Origin: Camelus ferus
Lineage: Eukaryota
NCBI RefSeq assembly: GCF_009834535.1
Contig: NC_045717.1
Location: forward strand, 25,978,001-26,042,000
DNA: 64,000 nucleotides
Reading direction: 5' to 3'
Made by a program: the position numbers and the translations under genes. The notes beneath the pieces were generated by a model. That model searched no databases. It worked only from the letters and a program-made list of their open reading frames with translations, and was not told the DNA's origin. This document shows, in pieces, positions 33,165 through 43,800 of the stretch. The stretch's first letter is position 1. Every line of letters starts with the position of its first letter.

Positions 33165-36100
33165 TTTGGGTTTTCCAGATACCTTTATGTTAACGATTTC
33201 TAATTTAATTCCACTGTGGTCAGGAAACATCTTCTGTATGATTTCAATCTTTTTATTTCATGACCTAGTATATTATCTCTCCATCTTGATGAATATTCCA
33301 CGTGCACTTGAAGAGAATGTACATACCGCTGTTTTGGGGCAGAGTGCTCTGTAAACACCAGGTCGGCTGATAGTGTTGTTCGAGTCTTCCATATCCTTAC
33401 TGATTTTCTACTTATTCTACTAATTATTGAGAAAGGGGTGTTGAAATCTCTAACCATCATTGTGGATTTGACTCTCTTGTCTTTTCAGTTTTATCAAATT
33501 TTGCTTTGTGTATTTTGAACCTCGTTGTTAGGGGCCTATGTGTTTAGGATTACGATGTCCTCTGGATGAACTGACTCCTCCAACATTGTGTAATGCCCTT
33601 CTTTGTCCGTAGTAATATTTCTTGTTTTGAATTCTGTTCTTTCCTGATAGAAACATAGCCAGTCCAGCTTGCTTATGATTAGTGTTTGGATGGTGTATCT
33701 TTTTCCACCTTTTCCCCACTTATAGCACTTCCCCCTCAGCTTTATTGCAGCATACTTTCATGCCATTAAATTCACTTCTTGTTAGGTTATGGTTTGATGA
33801 GCTTTGGCAATTTTTTTAATGGTTGTGTAACTACACCACGAACACACTACAGAACATTTCCACCACCCCAAAGTTCTTATCTCCCTCTGCAGTCAACACT
33901 CCCCTCACTCCTGCCTCTAGGCCACCATTGTTACGTTTTCTATCAGTGTTGTTTTCCTTTTCGTAAAATTTTGTAGAGTGGAATCATACACCATGTAGAG
34001 TTTTGAGTCTGGCCTCTTTCCCTTTGTATGAAGCTTTTGAGATTCGTCCAAGTTGTTAGGTGTACCAGTAGTTCCACTCTTTTTGTTGTTGAGTATTATT
34101 CCACTGGATGGATATAACACAGTTTTTGTGTTGTTTTTTGAATCCATTCACCTGTTGATAGATATTTGAATTGTTTCCAGTTTGAGGTTTTTGTAAATAA
34201 AGGTGATATGATCATTTGCATACAAGTCTGTTTGGAAATAAGTTTTCTTTCTCTTCGGTAAATACTCCAAAGTAGAATGGCCAAATCACATGGAAAATGT
34301 ATTTTTAACTTTGTAACAAATTGCCAAACTGTTTTCCAAAGTTATTGTCCCATTTTGCATTTATTCCAGCCATGCATCAAAGTTCCAATTGCTCTCATCT
34401 TCACCAATTCTTGGTGTTAACAGACTTTTTCATTTAATCTCTCTGATACATATACTGTGGTATCCCACTGGGGAGCATTTCCTTAATAACTAATTATGTT
34501 AAGTATCTCTTCATGTGCTTGTTGGTCATTCAGGATCTTCTCTGGGGAAGTGTCTGCTGATCCAGTCTGTCACCCACTTAAAATACTGGGAATAGATTTC
34601 ACTCTAGGGCTAGCTTAGCCCTACAATGAGGCATGAGTCTTCTGAGGTTTCTGCAGAACGCCCCACATACTCAATGAATTCTCTCCACCTTTGCTAGTAG
34701 GTTCTCCAAGCAGTCCCACGTTGTGTGAGTGCTCAGTGATTGTCCCTTCCCCCAGCATCGTTCTTTATCTGGCCGCTTATGCATGCACTGTCTGACATTC
34801 ATCCAAAGACTCAAGAGGAACCCTATGAAAACTTGAGTGCTTTCTCAGAATAGGTCCCTGCTCTCCAGAACTCTGCCCTCCAAATTCTAGCTACCTTGTC
34901 TCCCCTCATCTCCCAGTCTCGCAGTCTTCCGTCTCTGTTCCCTCAATCCACAAACCCTCTGTGTTCTGCTTAGGTTTCCCCTCCCTGACCTGCAGCCTGG
35001 GTATCACCTACAGGCAGAATTCTGGGGCAGCTGTAGGGCTCATCTTGTTTGTGTCCCTTCTCTCTGCACTGTATGCTTTCTGAAAACCATTGTTTCATAT
35101 GTTTTGTCCAGCTGTTAAAAGTAGGGGGGCAATTGCCATAGAGTTACCTACCTACTGCATTCTCTTAAACAGCTGGTCAGGAATCCACTGCGTGGATATG
35201 CCAGAATTTATTTCTGCAGTTTCCAGTTCACTCTGGTATGGTGTGTAACCTATGATGAGTTACTTTGTCCATCACCATAGGTTAATCTTGCCTGCAATTG
35301 AACATCACGTTATAGAATCATGCTGTGTACACTCTTGTGTTTGGCTTATTATGGTCAACATTGTGTCTGTGTAATTCATGCATTTGGTTCTGTGTCTTAG
35401 TATTTTGTTCTAATGCTGCACGGTATTCTGTGTTTTGGGTAGACCACTAATTACATATGCATTTTTTGTTGATGGACATGTCAGTCGTTTTGAGTTTTTG
35501 GCTCATACAAAGACAGCTACTGTGAACATTCTTGTCCAAGTCTTCGGTGGATGAATTTATGCATTTTTGTTGAGGACAGTGATGGAGTTGCTGGGTCAGA
35601 GGGTATACATATATTAACTTTAAAAGATACGGTCAGACAGGCTTCCAATGTAGCTGTGTGGTTTTACGTTCCCACCTGAAGGGTAAAAGAGGAGAGCTCC
35701 ATATCTTTGTAATACTTGATACCATCAATCTTTCTAATTTTAGCCATTCTTTTGGGGTTACAGAAATATCTCAGTGTGTTTTTCTGAGGGGGTAACTAGG
35801 TTTATTTATCATTGTATTATTTAGTTATTTTTATTTTGTCAGGGAGGGAGGTAATTAGATTTATTTATTTTTAGAGGAGGTGCTGGGGATTGAACCCAGG
35901 ACCTTGTGCATGCTGAGCACACACTCTACCACCGAGCTATACCCTCCCTGCTCAGTGTGGTTTAAGCTTACATTTCCCTGATGACTGAGGTAGAGCATCT
36001 TTTACTATACTTATTGGCCATTTGAGTGTCTTCTTTGGTGAAGTGTGTATTCACAATCTTTTGCCACATTTTAACTGGGTTGTCTTTTTCTTTGTAATTT

Positions 36101-36215
36101 GTAGGAATTTTTGTTTGGTTCTGTTTTATTTACTGTTTAACTATATTGTGGCTATAAGTCCTTTGTCAGATATATGTCTTGCTAATATCTTATCCTAGTT
36201 TGTGGCTTGATTCTT
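33165..36215 (-). mobile_element. Nested old L1M fragments (ORF2 endonuclease region ~33165-33720, 3'-end pieces, 5'-UTR-like piece ~34560-35140)
   Basis: ATTTCTAATTTAATTCCACTGTGGTCAG...GAAGAATGT...TTGAAATCTCTAACCATCATTGTGG and TTCTGGATA/TCCTTTGTCAGATATATG are L1 antisense motifs. The region is AT-rich. Confidence 0.75.
35786..35949 (-). mobile_element. tRNA-derived SINE (vic-1-like) inserted in L1
   Basis: GAGGAGGTGCTGGGGATTGAACCCAGGACCTTGTGCATGCTGAGCACACACTCTACCACCGAGCTATACCCTCCC. It is flanked by CTCAGTGTG at 35770-35778 and 35951-35959. Confidence 0.9.
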
Positions 36216-36274
36216 CACTCTCTTAAAGGTGGATCCGGGAAGGCAGGAACCAAGCGTATCTCATTCACTTGCCA

Positions 36275-36325
36275 GGCCTGGCACATAGTAGGCTCTCAAT
36301 AAATATTCGTTGAATGAATGACTGG
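36275..36325 (+). mobile_element. L2 3' terminus
   Basis: GCCTGGCACATAGTAGGCTCTCAATAAATATTCGTTGAATGAATGA is the canonical L2 end. Confidence 0.8.
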
Positions 36326-36469
36326 GCTCAGTTACCCCACGTGGGCATGTTAATCCCCGTGCTGCTCATCTCACAGGATTTTGTGCAACATGCCAGAGAC
36401 ACAGGATGGATTTGCTGCAGAGTCGGATTTGGCGGTGCTCAGACACCCTCAGCTTTTGGAATCAGAAAG

Positions 36470-36703
36470 GGTGGAGCTAATAAACAACAAGGCCCTACGT
36501 TAGAGCACAGAGAACTATATTAATATCCTGCGATAACCTATAATGAAAAGGAATATGTATGTGTAACTGAATCACTATGCTGTACACCAGAAACTAACAC
36601 AACATTGTAACATTTACTTCATGTACTTTCATTACAACATTTACTTTAATTAAAAATAATAAAGAAAGAAAAAGAAAAAAAAAGAAAAGAAAAGAAAAGA
36701 AAG
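36470..36703 (+). mobile_element. LINE-1 3' end (artiodactyl-type) with (AAAAG)n tail
   Basis: ATAAACAACAAGGCCCTAC...AGCACAGAGAACTATAT...GTAACTGAATCACTATGCTGTACACCAGAAACTAACACAACATTGTAA followed by an A-rich tail. Confidence 0.88.
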
Positions 36704-36704
36704 G

Positions 36705-37800
36705 GGCGGAGCTGGGTTCTTCCACCAGGAATCTTGCCTTGGAAGCTCCACGTGGGCGCCCCGCCCATAGCAGGGCCCTCCCATAGATAGGCCCGCCCAC
36801 ACCTGTCACTTAGCAGGGCAGGGAGGGTGCCTCCTAGCAGGCGTGGTTACAGGCCGGAACCAGGAAGTGGGTGGAGTTCCAAAGGCCACTGACCAATGAG
36901 GTGAAAGAGGATTGTGCCAGGAGGGGGCGCGGCCTAGTGGGCACTGAGGCCGTTGTCTGCGTTTCCATTGGGCGGTCTGGCGTCGTCAGGGAAACGCGGG
37001 GTCCCGGTGGAGGGGCGGGGTTTCCCGGGAGGCGGGGCTTCCGGGGGCGGGCGGGCCGGCCGGGGCTCCTGCCGTCAGCTGACTGGCCGCCATCTTGTCC
37101 GCCATTTGCAAGCGGCGCGGCGCGGAGCCGGAGAGAAGGGGAACGCGGCCTGCCGAGCGGTCCCCGCCGCCGCCGCCGCCGCCGCCGCTGCCCTGCTGAC
37201 CGCCGCCGACCTGGCCTGGGAGCCCGCCCCGCCGCGGCGGCCGGCAGCGCAGCGCTTTCTCGGGCGGAAGGCGCGGCCACCGGGCCCCCTCAGGGCTCCC
37301 GGCCGCGGGCCTCCCGGGGCTCGAGCCGGGCGGCAGCCGCCGCGATGGCCCTCAAGATGGTCAAGGGCAGCATCGACCGCATGTTTGACAAGAATCTGCA
37401 GGATCTGGTGCGCGGTATCCGCAACCACAAGGAGGACGAGGTGAGCTCGGCGCGCCGACCGCGGCCCGGACGCCCACCCTGACCGCGACTCGGTTCCCGA
37501 TCCCCTCTCTGCCCCTGACTCTGGCCCCCAGCCCGTCCCCGAGGCTCCGCTCCAGACTCGAGCCCCGCCTGCCCGCGGCCTGGGCTTCCGCACGCCCGCG
37601 CCCTCCCCGAGGCTCGGTTTATCCCCGAGGCCCGAAGGCACCCGAGCCGCGGGTTTTGGACCCACGTATGTATCGGAGCGCCTGGGGAGCCTGCCGCTGA
37701 GTGGGCTGCCTCCCCGAACCTCGGTTTACCCGCTCGGCGATGGGGGCTCGCCGCCTTCTCCCCGCGGATGGCCTCGGACGACTTGGCAGGCCCCCCCACC
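36705..37800 (+). promoter_or_regulatory. AP3D1 CpG-island promoter and 5'UTR
   Basis: ETS CCGGAACCAGGAAGT ~36854, CCAAT ~36893 and inverted CCAAT ~36967, GC boxes ~37012, tandem YY1 motifs GCCGCCATCTTG/CCGCCATTT ~37086-37108. CpG-dense. Confidence 0.85.
37164..37187 (+). repeat. (CCG)8 repeat in the AP3D1 5'UTR
   Basis: Counted directly. Confidence 0.9.
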
Positions 37801-40800
37801 CCGGAGCGGCGGCTCTCCAATATTGAGTGTGTTGCTGGATGTATAAGGGGCCACGCCCCAGGCCCTGGGCACCTGGTTGGGGGGACCCTCCTCTCCGCGG
37901 GCCGCCCCCGGACGGAACCCCTTATGGGTTAAACCCACGTTCAGGTCACTCCCTGATGCCTGGCCCGGAACTGGGTCTTGCCTCCTGAGCCCGTGTCCCC
38001 CGGAAGGTGCGGCCACCCCTCTTATTGGGAGGAGGGCAGCAGACATCCTAGGCCAAAATAAGGAAGCTACTCAGGGGTCCTGGAATAGGGAAGCCAACTT
38101 CAACTAGAAACTCGAAGCCGGGGAGGAAAGGTTTTCCAGAAGTAATAATGCAATCGTGGGCACCATTTTTCTCCCTCCCCCACCCCCCCAACGTGTGACC
38201 TAGATTTAGGGGGAATGGGGACAGTTAGTGGCCACCAGGCTGCCAGCTTCCAGGGAAGGATGCCCATGGCTGCACAAGTCCCCTTTCTCTGCTGGAGTCC
38301 TCTCTTTGGTGGAGAGCAGCTGTTTGATGTGGTGCAGGTCCCACTGCCAGATGTCACCCGGCCCTCTTCACAAGGGCGCCCCCGGGGGTCCAGCATCACT
38401 GGGTGGAGGTGCAGAGAAGTTCAGGAATTTGCTGGGAGGCACCGAGAGCCCCTGGCTCTGCCCTTGTGCCGGGAACCTGAGTTCTTGCTTCTTTGTTGCA
38501 CTTTTTCAGAATGGGTGTGACCTCGCTGAAATGTAATTAGGTTATTTTAGTTCATTTCCATCCCCTGTTGTCTTCTGGCAACACCTGGGTTTTGCATTGT
38601 GTTGGAAGCTCTGGCCAGCTGCGTTGGCTATAGCTCACACTTACCCTGGCCTTTAGTTTCTTTGTGAGTTGGAAGAGTATGTGGTTGGCCTGCATTTTGG
38701 TTACTGAGTGTGGCTAAGTGAGTTTGGGTGATGTTTGCACCCTTAGATTTTTTTCTGCCCTGGTTGACCTCCTGATGTCCCCTCTGTCAGCGGATGTTCT
38801 GAGCAGACTGTTGTGGGTATTTTGAGGAGGGGCCAAGGGGTCTTTTCAGGCGAGAATCGCACACTCAGGTGGGGCATCTGTTTTTTCAGGAACATTGGCC
38901 CATTCTCCCTGGCAGTGCCCTGAGCCGAGCTTTATTCATGTGGAATTACTGGGAATTTTTATTTTTATTTAAATATTTTGGGGGAGGAGGTAATTAGGTT
39001 TATTTAGTTATTATTTTTAGTGGTTGAACCCAGGACCTTGTGCATACTGAGCACTCACTCTCCTGCTGAGCTGTACCCTCCTCCCCCTGGAATTGGTGGG
39101 AACTGGTGGCGTCATCGCCCCCAGGCTGGGAGCCCATTGAGGGGGCTTTGGGTGGTGGAGGTGGGGGATGCTGCAAGTCCTCAAGGCCAGGTTTCCACGT
39201 GAGTCCTGCCCTTGGCCTGTTGATGATGGCCGCAGGAGGTGCCTCTGGGTGCCGGCTGGCGTGGTTTCCTCAATAGAAGAGTTGTGCCATGGAGAATCCT
39301 TGCTGGGGTGTCCCTTCTGGTTGCAGATGCTCGGCCATGGCTATTGAGTTTCTCTTCTGGCTCCCTTCTCTCTGAGATCCCCCCCACCCCCGCCGAGCCC
39401 CAGGAAAGGCTACTGGCAGCAGTATAGTTTTCCCCCAAAGTTTACTTTTTGTAGTGGATTTTAGCTTGAAACTTCTATGTGGCACCGAAGAGATGAGGCT
39501 TAATTATGACTTTAAAAGCCCAGTGGAAAGGCAGGGTGATTTAGTGTATGATGTTTGGGAGAGCCAAGTCCAAGTTCTTGGGCCTGTTTGGGTGACCTGG
39601 GGAGAGCCCCCAATGGAAAGTGCAGGCAGCAGCCACCAGCCTCCCCACCTTGCTGAGGGCTTTATGAGAGTGCAAGAGTGACTGCTGTAGGCTTCTGTGG
39701 GTGCCCCAAAGAAGAAACTAGAAAACCCAGGACTGCAGGCAGAATAACTTGTTTTTTGAAACTCTTGTTTCAGTTTATGATACCAGGTGTGTGCGTGTGT
39801 ATGAGTTGGGTTACCATGGAGAACAGACTTTAACAGTGGTCTAATTCACGTGTTTTTCTTGGTGCTTGAGTTTTTTTAATCCTTAAGATGGGGCAGGAAT
39901 CGTGTTGGCAGGTAGAGGAAATTCACTTGCTAATGTCCTTGCTTCTAAAACTTGCGTATGACTAGGAAAAAGACCAAACAGTTTTAACATTTCCTTTTTT
40001 TTTTATTTTTGGGGACGGTAATTAGGTTTGTTTGTTTTTTAATGGTGGTTCTGGGGATTGAACCCACGACCTCATTCATGCATGCTAAACACCCGCTCTA
40101 CCACTGAGCTACACCTGCCCCCTTAACATTCTGTTCTTATGAGTACCTTTGGAATTTTGGGGAAAGCCTTTTCTTTCCGTCTTTTTAAGTTGTAGAATTA
40201 TACCCATCACTTTTTGTGATAAGCCTAGTGTTTATTAAAGAAAAAGGGAAAATACTTCTCCTGGTGAATCAGTTCGAGAACTTTTTCCTCGTGCAGAACT
40301 CGAGGGAGAGGCTGGGGTTCTGCCCCGCGTCCTGCCTGGGGGCGCAGCAGCGCCGCCGCCGCCCGCGCGCACGGGGCGCAGGGCTGCCAGCCCTCCCGAG
40401 TGGGCGCGCAGGCGCCGCGGTTTATTTTACTCCGCCCATGGCAGTGAGGTGGCTTCCAGTGTGTACTGACTGGTGCCCTCCCCTCAGGCGTGGCTCTGCT
40501 GGGTCCGGCAGTACCGGGGTATGTCTGAGAGTTTTCCCTTGGGTCTCAAAATTTCCAACCCTATTTAACTGAAGTTTCTGAACTGTAAAAACAAATTCAG
40601 TTTAAATTGTGTACTGTCAGCTGTGTGTCCCTGTGGGTTCTGCATTCACCAACTGTGGAATGAAAATATTTCTGAAAAAAATTCCAGAAAATTCCAAAAA
40701 GCAAAACTTGAATTCGCTGCATGCAGGCCGCTGTTTACATAGCACTTGCGTTGTATCGGGATGGTCAGTGATCTGGAGGTGATATAAAGTGTAGGGGTGG

Positions 40801-43800
40801 ATGCGTGTAGGTTGTGTGCAAATCTGTGCCATTTTTATACGAGGGACTAGAGCATCTGAGGACTTTGGTATCTTCGGGGGTCACGGAAGCAGCGCCCCGC
40901 ACAGGTAGCAAGGGCTAACAGTAGAGTAATGCTTTGAAACTGGACGTGAGCTGTGGTTAGGATTGAACTGTGTGGGATGCGGGTGCTCTAGTGCTGCTGA
41001 CCTCAGAAATGGCAGTTCCCTGCGGTCAGACCCAGCGCCACGCTGTGGGGCCCGTCGGGCTGCGAGGTGTGTGCGTGGCTGGCTTCCGCGCTAGGGACGG
41101 TTCCCGAGCCAGTGTCACGACAGGCTTGGGTAAGCACTCAGTGCTTTTTGGCTCTTCCTGTAGGATTCCTTTCGCCCTAACAACTTCTGAGAAGACTGAG
41201 ATCTGAAGTTTAACAAATGGGCTGTTCCCTAAGTGAGGGTCTCCCCGTCAAAACTGCTGACGTCGAGCAGGTCCCTCTCTGGGGGCGTCCCGGGCACTGT
41301 GGCCGGCGGACCGGCACCTCTGACCCTGCCCACTTGATGCCGGGGCATCCGCAGTCGTGACAGCCACGGACGTCCCCAGGTGTTGCCCAGTGTCCCCTGG
41401 GGGGATCGCCCAGGGGAGAACCCCTGACCCAGATTGGTAAGAACCATTCCCAGCATTCCTTAGTGCTCCCCGCTTCATCCACGTCCTTTGTCCCTGTTTT
41501 GTCACTGTTGCTGGACCCTGTCATACTGTGATATCAGAAGGCCTTTGTCCCTGCCTCCTGTCGCAGAGCTCCTGGAATCTTTGTAGCTTCCTAAGCAACA
41601 AAGGTACCCAGGGCATCCTTGTTGACAGGGTTGGTCTCTGCCCCCAGTTCCTGACACTGAGCTTCTAGATCTCTTGGGGTGTCCTGGGTGAGGGGAGCGT
41701 CTTTTGTTCTGATGAGATGGCTCTGGGTGGGCTCCTGGCTGGGGATGGTCACCAGAAAGGCCAGGCCATGATCTGAAGCTTGGAACTTTCAGACCCACAC
41801 CCTACCCCCAATCTTTGGAGGGTGAGGGGCTGCAGATGGAGTAAATGATGGATCACGCCTCTGTGATGAAGCCTCCGTAAAGGTCTCTAGAGTGTGGGGC
41901 TCAGGGAGAAGCTCAGGTGGTGGAAGCATCCGTGTGCCAGGAGGGTCCCAACACCATGAGGACAGAGGCCCCGCGCTCGGGGCGCCGTGGACTCGCCCTG
42001 TGTGCCTCTGCCATGCCCTTTACTGCGGAGTAAGCCGGAGGACACGGGTCAGTGCTTCCCTGAGGAGAAGGGGGCCGTGGGGCCTGGATTAGAGATGGTC
42101 CCTCAGAAGCTCAGGGGACAGCCTGGACTTGGAACCAGTGTGTGAGGTGGGGGCGGTCCTGCAGGCCTGGGTCGTCACCCTGCAGGGTCTGCACGACTCC
42201 GGGCAGAGTGTCAGAACTGGACTGAGTTGTGCCACACCCAGCTGACATCACCGAGTTGGTCCCCCCACAGCGGGTGTGAGAGTGAAAGGAACCTGAGTTT
42301 TTCCTGGGCAGCCCAGAGGATGTCTTCCAGCTTGGCTCTTTTCCTGGTCCTTACTAGTTGAGTGTATAAGGCGCATGGACTTGATTGCACGTCGTACAGC
42401 TGAAGTATTACGGTGAGCTCTCCCGAGTGTAATTTCCTTGCTCTGCCCACAGTCTTGTCACCGCCACACGCGGCCCTGCGCGGCCCGGCTGACTGCTGCT
42501 CTGCTGGCTGCGCCCCGCCCTCCGCGGACAGCAGTCTGCCGTCTGTCTGCGCTTACCCGGTGGGCGGGAGCTGGGCGCCTGGCTGGTTTCCGCCTGGGGG
42601 GTTTATGAGCCGCCTGGTGCAGGTGAGTCCTCTTTCCTGGTGCCGAGCCATCTGTGTTCTTTGTGAGGCCATCTCTTCTCGGCCTTTTTCTCTTTGTCTT
42701 ACTGATGCGCAGGGGTTTTTGAAAGGGCAGCTCCGTGTCCCGGGCAGAGTGGGTGGCTGGACCCAGTCTGGGAGGGGTCTCTGCGATGGGTGATCCGCGC
42801 TGGTAACCGGCTCCTGGTGATGCCCATTTGTGTGAAGATCTAGTAGGTTGGAAGGAAGGAGGGAGAGATGACTGAAGGAGGCTCGAGGCCAGAGTCCCCT
42901 CTCCACACTGTGGATGCTGGGGCCTGGTCGTCCCCTTTGGAGGGGCATGTGGAGCAGCCTCCCTGGCCCAGCTCACTGGGTGCCACGAGCCCCCCCAAGT
43001 TGTGACAACCACTGATGTCAGGCGTAGCCCGGCATCCCCTGGGGGCACAGATGCCCCACTGAGACCCTTGCTCCAGGAGCTCTGCTGACAGAGGGAGGCG
43101 GGAGGCCGAAGGTCAGGAAGCCTGAGTTGACTGCGGTCCCCAGTCGAAGACCGAGTCCTGAGCCCCTCCCCGGCTGGTCCAGGGTGGGCCGGGGGAGGGG
43201 GCACAGGCGCTCCTGCCTCGCTGTCTCTCTGATCTTGGCCTCCCCAGAGCTGCTGCTGCGGGCCACCTGTGGGACCTACAAGTTGTCCCGTCTGTCCTTT
43301 CAGGCAGCCAGTGCCCAGACCGCCGTCCACTACTGTGGAACCCTGGTGCTTAGGGTCCCCTCCTGCACCCACTTGAACGACTCGGGCCCTGAAGTGGGCT
43401 GCCGCCCCAGTGTGGGCGCAGCCACGTGGTGTCTGCAGGAGCAGAGACCGCAGGCTGGGCCCTCGCGTGCTGAATGACATCTTGCGGTTCCAGTTTCACT
43501 GAAGTGGTGGTTTTAGGTGGTTTTATTGAGATACGATTTATGTATCGTAGCATCCACCTGCTTTAAGCTTGAAATCCAGTGACTATTTTAGTGCATTTAC
43601 AAAGCTGTGGGGCCGTCAGCACAGTCTAACTGTAGAGCATTTCCATGACCCGCACACGAAACCCCAGGCCCGCGTCACGGTCCCTCCCCTCCCTCCCTGA
43701 GCCCTGGCCTCACTGACTGGCTTCTGTCTCTGGGGTCAAGGTAAAGGCTTTCTAAGGCTGTTCCCACCCTTCGGGTGGGTGTGTCGTCTCATGGGCCTCC

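Noticed and set aside
36940-37110. Tandem ATGGCGG on the minus strand (MADKMAASQ..., 56 codons) suggesting a divergent micro-gene
   Set aside because: CAAGATGGCGGC is the canonical YY1 motif common at TSSs. I saw no splice or poly(A) support for a divergent coding gene.
42458-43480. 340-aa minus-strand ORF in AP3D1 intron 1
   Set aside because: It runs through a MER20 remnant and GC-rich intron sequence, with no domain.
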